Under the pieces are notes generated by a model. It did no database searches. It was not told the DNA's origin and saw only the letters and a program-made list of their open reading frames with translations. Both the position numbers and the translations under genes were made by a program. DNA of 64,000 bases from Prevotella sp. (GTDB lineage Bacteria > Bacteroidota > Bacteroidia > Bacteroidales > Bacteroidaceae), in NCBI GenBank assembly GCA_017412705.1, contig JAFPWS010000013.1, positions 1,706-65,705 on the forward strand. The letters run 5' to 3'. Shown here in pieces: positions 26,737 through 36,884 of the stretch (position 1 is its first letter; each line of letters opens with the position of its first letter).

Positions 26737-28911
26737 TTATTTCAGACCTTTCATGGAGAGCGAGATGCGCTGGCGACGCAGGTCCACTCCGATGACCTTC
26801 ACACGGACGTGCTGATGAAGGTGTACCACCTGTGTGGGGTCGCTGACGTAATGGTTGGCCAGCTGCGACACGTGTACCAGTCCGTCATGATGGACACCGA
26901 TGTCCACGAAGGCGCCGAAGTTGGCGATATTTGTGACGATGCCAGGCAGTTCCATGCCTTCGTGCAAGTCTTCTATCGCTTGTACGGTGGGGTCGAACTC
27001 AAAGGCTTCTATCTGTTCACGCGGGTCACGGCCTGGTTTCTCCAGCTCCTTCATGATGTCTGTCAGGGTGGGCAGTCCTACCTCATCGGTGACGTATTGC
27101 TGCAGGTTGATCTGGGCTCGTGTCTCCTGGTTCCTGATCAGGTCGCCCACGCTGCATTGCCGGTCTTTGGCCATCTGCTCCACCACATGGTAGCTCTCTG
27201 GGTGTACGGCCGAGTTGTCCAACGGGTTCTTGGCGTCAGGGATGCGCAGGAACCCTGCACACTGCTGGTAGGCGGCAGGTCCCAGGCGAGGCACTTTCTT
27301 CAGCTGTGCGCGACTGGTGAAGGCTCCGTTCTCCTTGCGGTAGTTGACGATGTTCTGTGCCAGGACGGGACCCAGTCCGCTGACGTAGGTCAGCAGGTGT
27401 TGCGAAGCTGTGTTGAGGTTGACGCCTACGAGGTTCACACAGCTCTCCACCACCTGGTCGAGCGAGTGTTTCAGCTTGCCTTGGTCTACATCGTGCTGAT
27501 ACTGGCCCACGCCAATGCTCTTGGGGTCTATCTTCACCAGCTCAGCCAGCGGGTCCATCAGTCGACGGCCTATCGATACGGCACCACGTACGGTGACGTC
27601 CTCATCAGGAAACTCTTCGCGGGCCACCTTCGAGGCACTATACACCGAGGCTCCGTCCTCGCTGACAACAAAAAGCCTCACCCCAGTCCCCTCTCCCGAT
27701 GGCGAGGGGAGTTTGAGACAGTCCTCCACGAAATCCTTCGTCTCGCGACTGGCTGTACCGTTGCCGATGGCAATAGCCTCTATCCGGTAGTCCTGTATCA
27801 TCTGTTGCACATGGATGCTGGCCTGCATGCGGTGGTTGACAGGCGGGTGGGGGAAGATGGCCTCGTGGTGCAGCAGGTTACCCTGGGCGTCCAGACATAC
27901 CACCTTGCAACCGGTACGGAAGCCCGGGTCTATGCCCATGACACGCTTTTGGCCGAGTGGGGCAGAGAGCAACAGCTGGCGCAGGTTCTCGGCAAAGACA
28001 CGAATGGCCTCCTCGTCGGCGCGTTCCTTGCTGAGGTTGGCAAACTCGGTCTCTATAGAGGGGAGCAGCAGACGCTTGTAGCCGTCCTCGACAGCCTCCT
28101 CCAGCAGCTTGCGGCAGGTCCCGCCACCAGGGAAGGGGGCAGGGGGGATGGTCCGCTTCAGACGCCTGACGGCCTCGTCGTCGTCAATGGTCAGGCTGAT
28201 GCGCAGGAACCCCTCGCTCTCACCTCGCCGCATAGCCAGCAGCCGGTGACTGGAACAGCGTTTCAGAGGCTCCTCCCAGTCGAAATAGTCGCTGTATTTC
28301 TGGGCCTCGTCGGTGTCTTTCTTGCCCTTGACAGCCTTCGACACGATGAAAGCCTCTCTGCGGAAGGCACTACGCACCAGATTGCGCGAGCGCTCGTCCT
28401 CGCTCATCTGCTCGGCAATGATGTCCTGGGCTCCCTTCAAGGCTGTTGCCACATCCTTCACGTCACCCTGCACGTAGCGCTGGGCTGCCTGCATGGGCTT
28501 CTGCTCGCGCTGCATCAGCAACAGCCGGGCCAAGGGCTCCAAGCCCTGTTCGCGAGCCACCTGGGCGCGTGTTCTGCGCTTGGGCTTGTAGGGCAGGTAG
28601 ATGTCCTCCAGCGTGGTCAGCTCCCAGCAGTCCTGGATGCGCTTCTGCAGTTCGGGGGTCAGCTTGTCCTGCTCGCCAATGGTCTTCTGGATGGTCTCCT
28701 TGCGCTTCTGTATCTCGGCCAGGTGTTCAGCACGGTCACTGATGGCTGTTATCTGCACTTCGTCCAATCCTCCTGTGCGCTCCTTGCGATAGCGCGAGAT
28801 GAAGGGAATGGTACAACCTTCGTCCAATAACTTCAGCGTGTTGCTGACGGCATGTTCCGACAGGTGTAACTCGCTGGCTATTAGCTGCGTAAATATCTTA
28901 ATATGCTCCAT
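26737..28911 (-). CDS. tex: Tex-family RNA-binding protein
   Basis: TIPFISRYRKERTG, GIDPGFRTGCK, DPLAELVKIDPKSIGVGQYQHD and C-terminal S1 domain. Confidence 0.95.
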   Translation of the reverse strand: MEHIKIFTQLIASELHLSEHAVSNTLKLLDEGCTIPFISRYRKERTGGLDEVQITAISDRAEHLAEIQKRKETIQKTIGEQDKLTPELQKRIQDCWELTTLEDIYLPYKPKRRTRAQVAREQGLEPLARLLLMQREQKPMQAAQRYVQGDVKDVATALKGAQDIIAEQMSEDERSRNLVRSAFRREAFIVSKAVKGKKDTDEAQKYSDYFDWEEPLKRCSSHRLLAMRRGESEGFLRISLTIDDDEAVRRLKRTIPPAPFPGGGTCRKLLEEAVEDGYKRLLLPSIETEFANLSKERADEEAIRVFAENLRQLLLSAPLGQKRVMGIDPGFRTGCKVVCLDAQGNLLHHEAIFPHPPVNHRMQASIHVQQMIQDYRIEAIAIGNGTASRETKDFVEDCLKLPSPSGEGTGVRLFVVSEDGASVYSASKVAREEFPDEDVTVRGAVSIGRRLMDPLAELVKIDPKSIGVGQYQHDVDQGKLKHSLDQVVESCVNLVGVNLNTASQHLLTYVSGLGPVLAQNIVNYRKENGAFTSRAQLKKVPRLGPAAYQQCAGFLRIPDAKNPLDNSAVHPESYHVVEQMAKDRQCSVGDLIRNQETRAQINLQQYVTDEVGLPTLTDIMKELEKPGRDPREQIEAFEFDPTVQAIEDLHEGMELPGIVTNIANFGAFVDIGVHHDGLVHVSQLANHYVSDPTQVVHLHQHVRVKVIGVDLRRQRISLSMKGLK

Positions 28912-29083
28912 TGCTTTCGTGTTTGATGCTCCAGATGTGTACCACGATGCCTGCCACAATGAGCAGCAGGCCCGTCACCAGCAGCGAATTAAGACTGGCA
29001 AGGGTGTGAAAACGGGTCGCCAGAAGTACTAAAGTGCCTATTATAATAAGGAATATACCTATATAATGCGCGAATTTCTTCAT
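28898..29083 (-). CDS. Small two-TM membrane protein
   Basis: 61 aa with two hydrophobic helices. Promoter box upstream, overlaps the tex start. Confidence 0.7.
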   Translation of the reverse strand: MKKFAHYIGIFLIIIGTLVLLATRFHTLASLNSLLVTGLLLIVAGIVVHIWSIKHESNGAY

Positions 29084-29200
29084 AAAAACGTTAAATTTGG
29101 TGCAAATATACGAAATTCTTCACTTTTCACTTTTCACTTTTTTTCGTACCTTTGCACCCGCATTTTGCAAAAATAACATTAATTAATTATTTAAAGTAGT

Positions 29201-29545
29201 ATGAATCAATACGAAACCGTTTTCATTTTGACTCCCGTTTTGTCTGATGAACAGATGAAGGAAACGGTCGCTAAATTCAAGAAGGTTCTCACCGATAAGG
29301 GTGCAGAAATCCTGAATGAAGAGACCTGGGGACTGAAGAAGATGGCTTACGCTATCCAGAAGAAATCTACAGGTTTCTACTGCCTGCTGGAATTCAAGGC
29401 TGAGCCATCAGTGATTAAGGTGCTGGAGACTTCTTTCCGTCGTGACGAGAAAGTAATCCGCTTCCAGACAGTAAAGCTTGACAAGTATGCTATTGAGTAT
29501 GCTGAGAAGCGTCGTAACAAACTTGGTAATAAAGAGGAGGCTTAA
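29201..29545 (+). CDS. rpsF: 30S ribosomal protein bS6
   Basis: [24 protein letters not shown]. Confidence 0.98.
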   Translation: MNQYETVFILTPVLSDEQMKETVAKFKKVLTDKGAEILNEETWGLKKMAYAIQKKSTGFYCLLEFKAEPSVIKVLETSFRRDEKVIRFQTVKLDKYAIEYAEKRRNKLGNKEEA

Positions 29546-29548
29546 ACT

Positions 29549-29815
29549 ATGGCACAAGACACAGAAATCCGCTATTTGAACGCTCCTTCTATCGACACGA
29601 AGAAGAAGAAGTACTGCCGCTTCAAGAAGAGTGGTATCAAGTACATTGACTACAAGGATCCCGAGTTCCTGAAGAAGTTCCTGAACGAGCAGGGCAAGAT
29701 TCTTCCCCGCCGCATCACAGGTACCTCTCTGAAGTATCAGCGCCGTGTGGCTCAGGCCGTTAAGCGTGCCCGCCAGATCGCCCTGCTGCCTTACGTAACT
29801 GACATGATGAAGTAA
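29549..29815 (+). CDS. rpsR: 30S ribosomal protein bS18
   Basis: IDYKD...[10 protein letters not shown]...AVKRAR. Confidence 0.98.
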   Translation: MAQDTEIRYLNAPSIDTKKKKYCRFKKSGIKYIDYKDPEFLKKFLNEQGKILPRRITGTSLKYQRRVAQAVKRARQIALLPYVTDMMK

Positions 29816-29835
29816 AATAAGGAGGACTTGAAGAT

Positions 29836-30423
29836 ATGGAAATTATACTGAAAGAAGATATTATCGGTCTGGGATTTAAGAACGATATCGTAAATGTAAA
29901 GTCTGGTTATGGACGTAACTACCTGATTCCCCAGGGTAAGGGTGTTATCGCCTCTCCTATGGCCAAGAAGATTCTCGCCGAGAACCTGAAGCAGCAGGCT
30001 CACAAGCTGGCTGCCCTGAAGGCTGAGGCTGAGAAGAAGGCCGAGACCCTGAAGGATGTTGCCCTGACGATTGCCGCTAAGGTAAGCACCACTGGTCAGC
30101 TCTATGGCTCAGTAGGTGTCAACCAGGTTGCTGAGGAGCTGAAGAAGCTGGGCCACGACATCGACCGCAAGATTGTCACCATGAAGGATGCCAAGACCAT
30201 TGGCGACTTCGTAGCACTGGTACACTTCCACAAGGAGGTTGTTGTCGAGATCCCTGTTAAGGTCGTTGCCGAGAATGCCGCTGAGCTGAAGGCTGCTGCC
30301 GACGAGGAGGCTGCCATCAAGGCTGCTGCTGATGCCAAAGCTGCCGCCGCCGCTGCTGCTGCAGAGGTGGAAGCTGCTGAGACTGAGGCTCCCGCAGAGG
30401 AGGCTGAGGCTGCTGCTGAGTAA
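29836..30423 (+). CDS. rplI: 50S ribosomal protein bL9 with Ala/Glu-rich tail
   Basis: VKSGYGRNYLIPQG, GQLYGSV. Confidence 0.98.
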   Translation: MEIILKEDIIGLGFKNDIVNVKSGYGRNYLIPQGKGVIASPMAKKILAENLKQQAHKLAALKAEAEKKAETLKDVALTIAAKVSTTGQLYGSVGVNQVAEELKKLGHDIDRKIVTMKDAKTIGDFVALVHFHKEVVVEIPVKVVAENAAELKAAADEEAAIKAAADAKAAAAAAAAEVEAAETEAPAEEAEAAAE

Positions 30424-30461
30424 TACCGCTGTAAAGCAAATCATAGTATTATTAACTGTTG

Positions 30462-30494
30462 AATCCCGGTTGCAAACAAGCAATCGGGATTTTT
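30462..30494 (+). terminator. Intrinsic terminator of the rpsF-rpsR-rplI operon
   Basis: AATCCCGGTTGC...GCAATCGGGATT followed by a T-run. Confidence 0.8.
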
Positions 30495-30526
30495 CGTTTT
30501 TAGCACTTTCGCTTTTCCGGGAACAC

Positions 30527-30555
30527 AAAAAAACCGTCGGACTTGAGTCCGACGG
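30527..30555 (-). terminator. Intrinsic terminator of the small lipoprotein gene
   Basis: A7, then CCGTCGGACT-TG-AGTCCGACGG. Confidence 0.8.
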
Positions 30556-30580
30556 CGATTCTCTCAATAGTTCGAGCTAA

Positions 30581-30760
30581 TTACTTTACGCTATCAGCAG
30601 CTACAGTGTCAGCAGCTACGGTGTCAGCGGCAGCAGTGTCAACGCTGTCTACAACAGCGATTGAATCTGAATCAACAGCCTCAGCCTGAGCGGTCTTGTT
30701 ACCACAAGAAGCGAATGAAATAGCTGCAACAGCTACGAACATAAATACTAATTTCTTCAT
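30581..30760 (-). CDS. Small acidic lipoprotein
   Basis: MKKLVFMFVAVAAISFASCG lipobox, D(T/S)VAA repeats, and own terminator. Confidence 0.85.
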   Translation of the reverse strand: MKKLVFMFVAVAAISFASCGNKTAQAEAVDSDSIAVVDSVDTAAADTVAADTVAADSVK

Positions 30761-31027
30761 TTTTCTAATGCTTTTAAATCTGTAAAACAATCATTTGTTT
30801 ATTAAAACGCTGCAAAGTTAGGCATTTTTTTGATACGTTGTTCTTTTTTTGGCAACTTTTTTTGTGTTAATTTTGTAACTTTTTCACAAGGTGCTTAGAA
30901 TCAGGCGTTTACGAAATGTTAAAATTCGTGCAAAAATCACACTTAACTGAATAATTGCTAAAAAAACGCATTTTAAGCGTTTTTTTGTGTATCTTTGCAC
31001 TCGTTATCAAGACACCTTATTATATAT

Positions 31028-32356
31028 ATGATAGATTCATCAGCTTTTCAAGGCAAACGGGCAACATATTTCACCCTGGGATGTAAGTTGAACTTCTCAG
31101 AGACTTCTACTTTTGCCAAGATGCTCCAGCAGATGGGTGTGCAGACAGCCAAGAAGGGCGAGCCTGCCGATATCTGTCTCATCAACACCTGCTCAGTTAC
31201 CGAGGTGGCCGACCACAAGTGTCGTCAGGCCATTCACCGTCTGGTGCGCGAGAACCCTGGCGCTTATATCGTCGTCACAGGGTGCTATGCCCAGCTCGAG
31301 CCTGAGCGTGTGGCTCATATAGAAGGTGTCGACCTCGTGCTGGGCTCCAACGAGAAAGCCAGCCTCATACAGTTCCTCAGCGACGGCTTCACCAACCGAG
31401 GCGCTGAAGCCTCCTACCGTACGGAGAAGACCAAGGACATTAAGACCTTTGCCCCCAGCTGCTCGCGAGGCAACCGCACACGCTACTTCCTGAAGGTGCA
31501 GGATGGCTGTGACTACTTCTGCACCTACTGCACCATTCCCTATGCCCGAGGCTTCAGCCGCAACCCCACCATCGCCTCGCTGGTGGCACAGGCTGAGGAG
31601 GCAGCACGCGAGGGTGGCAAGGAAATAGTGCTCACAGGCGTCAACATTGGCGACTTCGGCAAGACCACCGGCGAGCAGTTCCTCGATCTGGTCAAGGCCC
31701 TCGACGGCGTGGAGGGCATTCAGCGCTACCGCATCAGCTCGCTGGAACCCGACCTGCTCAGCGACGAGCTCATCAGCTACTGCGCCCAGAGCCGAGCCTT
31801 CATGCCCCACTTCCATATTCCCCTGCAGAGTGGCAGCGACACCGTGCTCAAACTCATGCATCGCCACTACGACCGTCAGCTCTTTGCCGACAAGATACAC
31901 CTCATCAAGCAGGCCATGCCTCACGCCTTCATTGGCGTCGACGTCATGGTGGGCTGTCGGGGCGAGACTCCCGAGTGCTTCGAGGAAACCTATTCCTTCC
32001 TTCAGGAGCTCGACGTCACACAGCTGCATGTCTTTCCCTATTCCGAGCGTCCAGGCACCTCGGCACTCAGCATACCCTATGTCGTGGCCGATAAGGACAA
32101 GCGCCAGCGCAGTCAGCGGCTCCTGGAACTCTCCGACCAGAAGACACAGGCCTTTTACCAGCGCCACATCGGACAGCAGGCTGACGTGCTCTTCGAGCGT
32201 GCCACCCGAGGGCGTGCCATGCATGGCTTCACCAGCAACTACATCCGTGTGGAGATTCCGCCTACTGACGCAAGGGAAGAATACGACAATCAACTGATGA
32301 CAGGCCGCTTAGGCGACTTTAACCACGATAAAACCGCATTGAAATGGATAAGGTAG
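31028..32356 (+). CDS. mtaB: tRNA t6A37 methylthiotransferase
   Basis: TLGCKLN, INTCSVT, KVQDGCDYFCTYC radical-SAM motif and HVFPYSERPGT. Confidence 0.93.
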   Translation: MIDSSAFQGKRATYFTLGCKLNFSETSTFAKMLQQMGVQTAKKGEPADICLINTCSVTEVADHKCRQAIHRLVRENPGAYIVVTGCYAQLEPERVAHIEGVDLVLGSNEKASLIQFLSDGFTNRGAEASYRTEKTKDIKTFAPSCSRGNRTRYFLKVQDGCDYFCTYCTIPYARGFSRNPTIASLVAQAEEAAREGGKEIVLTGVNIGDFGKTTGEQFLDLVKALDGVEGIQRYRISSLEPDLLSDELISYCAQSRAFMPHFHIPLQSGSDTVLKLMHRHYDRQLFADKIHLIKQAMPHAFIGVDVMVGCRGETPECFEETYSFLQELDVTQLHVFPYSERPGTSALSIPYVVADKDKRQRSQRLLELSDQKTQAFYQRHIGQQADVLFERATRGRAMHGFTSNYIRVEIPPTDAREEYDNQLMTGRLGDFNHDKTALKWIR

Positions 32357-33369
32357 CAATCGTCATACTCAACTGGAATGGGGCCCAGATGCTGGCAGAG
32401 TATCTGCCCACCGTACTCAACTACTCGCGCGACGAGGCTGCCATATATGTCGCCGACAATGCCTCTACCGACGACTCCCTCGACCTGCTGCGCCGACGCT
32501 TTCCCGAGTGCCACGTCATCCGGTTCGACAAGAACTGGGGCTTTGCCGAGGGCTACAACAAGGCGCTGGGACAGATAGAGGCCGACTACTACCTGCTGCT
32601 CAACTCCGACATCCAGGTCACCCATCACTGGCTCACTCCCCTCATCGAGTTTATGGATGTCCATCCTGAGGTCGCTGCCTGCCAGCCAAAGCTGCTCTCC
32701 ATCTATAACAAGGATATGTTTGAGTATGCCGGAGCCAGTGGCGGCTACCTCGACCGTCTGGGCTACCCCTTCTGCCGGGGACGCATCTTCGACACCGTTG
32801 AGCAAGACAACGGACAGTACGACTACGCCACCCCCATACTCTGGGCCACTGGAGCAGCTCTTATGATACGCTCCAAAGACTACTGGGACTGCGGAGGACT
32901 GGACGGACGCTTCTTTGCCCACAACGAGGAGATAGACCTCTGCTGGCGACTGCGTATCCGGGGGCGTAAGATATACTGCCTGCCCGAGAGCTATGTCTAC
33001 CACGTCGGAGGGGGCACCCTGCCCAAGTCAAACCCCATGAAGACTTTCCTCAACTTCCGCAACAACCTCACCATGCTCTATAAGTGCCTGCCCGACCAGC
33101 AACTCAACGGTGTCATGCGCCGGCGCAGGTTCCTCGACTACCTTGCTGCCTTCCAGACACTCATCCTCAATGGCAACGTGGGCGACTTCCTCGCCATCTT
33201 CCGGGCCCGGCGTGCCTTCCGACGTTGGCAGCACGACTTCGACGAAGACCGTCGGCTGATACAAGCTTCGCGCACCGCAGACTCCATCCCCGAGCAGCGC
33301 TCCTTCTCCATCCTCTGGCAGTACTATGCCAAGGGTCGCAAATACTTTTCAGCCCTCCCCACGAAATAG
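32344..33369 (+). CDS. Glycosyltransferase family 2
   Basis: IVILNWNG, DNASTD, LLNSD and EEIDLCWR. Confidence 0.93.
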   Translation: MDKVAIVILNWNGAQMLAEYLPTVLNYSRDEAAIYVADNASTDDSLDLLRRRFPECHVIRFDKNWGFAEGYNKALGQIEADYYLLLNSDIQVTHHWLTPLIEFMDVHPEVAACQPKLLSIYNKDMFEYAGASGGYLDRLGYPFCRGRIFDTVEQDNGQYDYATPILWATGAALMIRSKDYWDCGGLDGRFFAHNEEIDLCWRLRIRGRKIYCLPESYVYHVGGGTLPKSNPMKTFLNFRNNLTMLYKCLPDQQLNGVMRRRRFLDYLAAFQTLILNGNVGDFLAIFRARRAFRRWQHDFDEDRRLIQASRTADSIPEQRSFSILWQYYAKGRKYFSALPTK

Positions 33370-33448
33370 TCTGTTTATTCAACTTTCGCAAGCTCCGCCT
33401 GCCCTTGAAGCTGAGCTTGCGAAATTTTCTCGTTCATCTGCCGGAAGA

Positions 33449-34138
33449 CTACAGCAGCGACAGAACAAGAAACCAAACGACGGGCACCAGCAGAGAGGGC
33501 AGCAGGTTGAGCGTCTTGCAGTCCTTCAGGTTCAGCAGGCCCAGTCCACTGCCAGTAATCATCAGTCCACCAACAATCAGCAACTCCGACATCAGACTGT
33601 CGCTGATGGCCGTACTGCTTATTTCGGCTACAACGTAGAACATGCCCTGCCACAGAAACAAGACGGGTGCTGCCAGTACCATGCCCACACCATAAGTGGA
33701 GGCAAAGACGGTACTGCTGACGAAGTCGAGCGTGGCATTGGTGAATAGGAATGTGTGGTCGCCCTTCAAGGCTGAGATGACAGGCCCCAGCATCGAGAGC
33801 GGCCCGATGCAGTAGAGCAGGATGGCGGTACTCAGGCCGTCACCAAGTTTGTTGGCATTGCCCGATTGGGAGCGTCTGTTTACAAGCCGCTTGAAGCGCC
33901 CGTCGATGTCGAGCTTGGTGCCGCATACGCCGCCTAAGGCCAGCGACAGGATGAAGAGCACGGGGTAGTCGCTCTTGGGCAGATGGCTGATGGTCGCATT
34001 CAGGCCGATGGCCAGCGACGCAAGCCCCAGACCCGTATATAGCACTTCCTTGTATTTCTCCTTAACGCCCCGGTTCAGAAGCGCCCCCAACAGTGAGCCG
34101 GCTATAATAGCACAGGTGTTGACAATGGTTCCTATCAT
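33449..34138 (-). CDS. DUF554 membrane protein
   Basis: MIGTIVN...GSLLG, LYCIGPLSMLG and KTLNLLPSL. Confidence 0.88.
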   Translation of the reverse strand: MIGTIVNTCAIIAGSLLGALLNRGVKEKYKEVLYTGLGLASLAIGLNATISHLPKSDYPVLFILSLALGGVCGTKLDIDGRFKRLVNRRSQSGNANKLGDGLSTAILLYCIGPLSMLGPVISALKGDHTFLFTNATLDFVSSTVFASTYGVGMVLAAPVLFLWQGMFYVVAEISSTAISDSLMSELLIVGGLMITGSGLGLLNLKDCKTLNLLPSLLVPVVWFLVLSLL

Positions 34139-34367
34139 AAATGTATTGTCTCGGTCTTATCGAAAAATATTGCTTGCAAAGGTAGGAAAAATCCTCCATA
34201 CCATCGCAATATGGAAGAAACATTTGGGATAATTTAGGAAAATGCTCCACTGCAAATGATCTTTTCCCGATAAAATGCCAAAGCCGACGAAGTCAGGAAA
34301 CGTATGAAGGCCCGTCCTAAAAGGTTGTGAGGTACGGGGTAAAGGGTGTTGAAGTGCCGTATAAGCT

Positions 34368-34451
34368 TAAAACCACGCCGATGATTGTTAAATCCACGGC
34401 GTAGATTGATAAAACCACGGCGTAGATTGATAAAACCACGCCAATGATATG
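34368..34451. repeat. 4 x 21-bp tandem repeat
   Basis: TAAAACCACGCCGATGATTGT / TAAATCCACGGCGTAGATTGA / TAAAACCACGGCGTAGATTGA / TAAAACCACGCCAATGATATG. Confidence 0.9.
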
Positions 34452-34556
34452 TCTTTTTCCTCCCACAGGCTTATTATGTCTACACTGCCACCATAGGTTA
34501 AACTCATAGGCTGGTGAATGATATACCTTGACAATAGGGGCATCAAGGTCATTCTC

Positions 34557-36884
34557 TTAAGGCCGATAATACACACTCAGCAGGCATTCGCGGCCTCGGA
34601 TGGGCTGCGATTCTGAAAGAGATATAAGTTCGGTGTATGAGGTGTAAGCATATTCACGTGTATTGAGGATGTTGCGCAGCGAGAGGGTCAGTTCGAGATT
34701 TGAACGGAGTTTAAAGATGACTTTTGCATCCATCAGTATGTGGTCGGTATATTGCTGCTGATATTGCTGATTGTGATAGTACTCACCCATCAGCGAAAGT
34801 GAGAGTTTCTTGATGGGAGAATAATAGAGCGAGAAACTATGTTCAAAGCCTTGCAATCTGTTCGGTTCGGCATTGGCTATACTGAGAGAAGTCGTGCCGT
34901 ATTCAAGTTCATACTTCCAATTGAGTTTACGGAAAAGCGTGCCGTTGAGAATGGCATCGATAGAGAAAGACGTGTTGCAATAGGGTGTCATCGTGTCGCC
35001 CGAGAGCATCAGCTGGTCGTGCTGCATCCAATGGACAAAGAGTTTCAGCATTCCGTCTGTGAGGGGTAGCATAGTTTCGAAGTTGCCATTAATGAGCCAA
35101 GAACGGCTATGGTTGGGATTGAGCATAATACCGTTAATAAGCCAGGAGCCTTGATAGCCGAGAGTGTCGGTTAGGAAAGACTGAATGGCGACATAAGGGT
35201 TTTTGTTCCAAATGCGGGTAACAGTGAGGAAGCCAAACTGCGCATTTGAAGAATTCTGGTAGGTAGCAGTCAGGGTAAGTGTCTTGCCCACGGCGGTGCC
35301 GTACTGGGTAGTGCCTTTTGTCAGCGTGCGATAGTTAGTGAGCAGCATACCGTCGTAGTGGTTGCTGATGCGATAGGGATTCTCCGTAATATTACCAGAA
35401 AGAGAGACCGTTAAGCGGGGAATACCACGATAGGACACGGCCAAACTTGTGCCGAGGTTAGCATCATCGCGCCGTGCATCGCCAAAGTTGTAATGATAGT
35501 AGTTCACTGGCAAACGGAGCGTGGCACTAACCTTGTTCTGCATGTATTTCAAGGTGGGAGTGACATAGGCCTGTCCTCGGCGGATGGTGCTAAGGTTCTT
35601 CATCTGACGGTCCAGATAAGACAAGCCTCCCTCCAGAGCCAAGACAAAAGGTCCGAGCCCCAAGTCGTAGTTGGCATACTCGTCGCTGTAGAACGACCTG
35701 CGGCTAATCGGTTGGCTTAATATGGCTTCGTCTCTCTGTACGCCAGTATTTTGTGGCAACCATTCCATTTGATTCAGGGAGTGAAGCGTCAGTGCGTTTT
35801 TGCCCTTTCGGTGTATGTATTCAAGAGAGTTGCACAGCCGATGGTGAGGAAGATAGAGGTGCTGCATGGCATCGTAAGTACCACCAACGAGCACATCGCC
35901 ATCGTTCCAACTCAGGTCGGCTCGCAGTATATTGTTGAGATAGGTGCTGTCGCGGTTTACTTCGATAGTAGTTTTTATGGCCAAGTCCTGACGGTGGGCA
36001 TGACAATGCTGATAGTCGTTAATTGTCCGTGAGTCATTTGACATATAATAGGTAGTTTGCAGTTCATGGTCGGCATGTTGGCGGTCTGTAAGATAAGACA
36101 CCTGAGCATCGAGTGTCGCCTCCCTTCCTATGCCGAATATCCAGTTGGTGGATAGCAGATGCGTCTTATTGAAAAGTGTGCGCTGCTGTTCCAGTTCAGA
36201 ACTATTGCCTCGTGGCAGCACAAGGTATTCTGCCTCGTTGTAGCGGTGGGCCGATGAGGCAAACAGGTCGATGTGTTCCTTGATGTCGTGTTGCAAGTCT
36301 TCACCTGTGTTGTTGGTCTTATATGTTGAAATCATCTGCCACTGCTTGCTGAACATCATACCCGTCAGGTTGGCATTCCATAGAGAGGGTGTACCAACTG
36401 CTGCATTGATAGTGGTAATGAGGTGCGATTTCGAGCCGTCTTTCAATTTAAGGTTGATAGCGGCTTGTTCAGACTCAGAGAGGTTCTTCAGGGCTTTTAC
36501 TGGCTGATGGTTGGTCATCACCTCCACGCTGCTCACATCCTTATGCTCCACACCGTTCGTAGCCAAACCATAGCGACCTTGCAACAAGTCCGTTCCCTCT
36601 ATATAGAACTTATTGATGGGAGTGCCATTATAAGTAATCTTCCCATCCTCTGCCACCTGTATGCCTGGCATCTTCTTCAATACATCACCTATAGAACGAT
36701 CGCCATCTTTGGCAAAAGTCGCTACACTATACACTAACGTATCGCCCCGCTGCCGTATCTTCTGCGCCTTAATCGTCACCTCCTTGAGTTCGATGTTCTT
36801 CACAGGCTTGTCGCGCCACTTGCTCTGAGCCTGAATCATCGTAGCACTTAAAAGACAGAATAACAATAATAAGAATCTCATCAT
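34557..36884 (-). CDS. TonB-dependent-receptor-like outer-membrane beta-barrel (GLPGLI-associated type)
   Basis: LKEVTIKA...GDT..Y, DVLKKMPGI, INKFYIEG, VEVMTNHQP, AAINLKLK and terminal NILN...RG. Confidence 0.85.
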   Translation of the reverse strand: MMRFLLLLFCLLSATMIQAQSKWRDKPVKNIELKEVTIKAQKIRQRGDTLVYSVATFAKDGDRSIGDVLKKMPGIQVAEDGKITYNGTPINKFYIEGTDLLQGRYGLATNGVEHKDVSSVEVMTNHQPVKALKNLSESEQAAINLKLKDGSKSHLITTINAAVGTPSLWNANLTGMMFSKQWQMISTYKTNNTGEDLQHDIKEHIDLFASSAHRYNEAEYLVLPRGNSSELEQQRTLFNKTHLLSTNWIFGIGREATLDAQVSYLTDRQHADHELQTTYYMSNDSRTINDYQHCHAHRQDLAIKTTIEVNRDSTYLNNILRADLSWNDGDVLVGGTYDAMQHLYLPHHRLCNSLEYIHRKGKNALTLHSLNQMEWLPQNTGVQRDEAILSQPISRRSFYSDEYANYDLGLGPFVLALEGGLSYLDRQMKNLSTIRRGQAYVTPTLKYMQNKVSATLRLPVNYYHYNFGDARRDDANLGTSLAVSYRGIPRLTVSLSGNITENPYRISNHYDGMLLTNYRTLTKGTTQYGTAVGKTLTLTATYQNSSNAQFGFLTVTRIWNKNPYVAIQSFLTDTLGYQGSWLINGIMLNPNHSRSWLINGNFETMLPLTDGMLKLFVHWMQHDQLMLSGDTMTPYCNTSFSIDAILNGTLFRKLNWKYELEYGTTSLSIANAEPNRLQGFEHSFSLYYSPIKKLSLSLMGEYYHNQQYQQQYTDHILMDAKVIFKLRSNLELTLSLRNILNTREYAYTSYTELISLSESQPIRGRECLLSVYYRP

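Noticed and set aside
26809-28830. 673-aa plus-strand ORF and similar long antisense ORFs (1199-2212, 22177-23544, 31193-32293, 62838-63992)
   Set aside because: Shadows of well-supported genes on the opposite strand, expected from GC-rich codon bias.
34368-34451. 21-bp repeats as a CRISPR array or a coding repeat (ORF 34388-34576)
   Set aside because: Units are directly adjacent with no spacers, and the ORF has no protein-like features.
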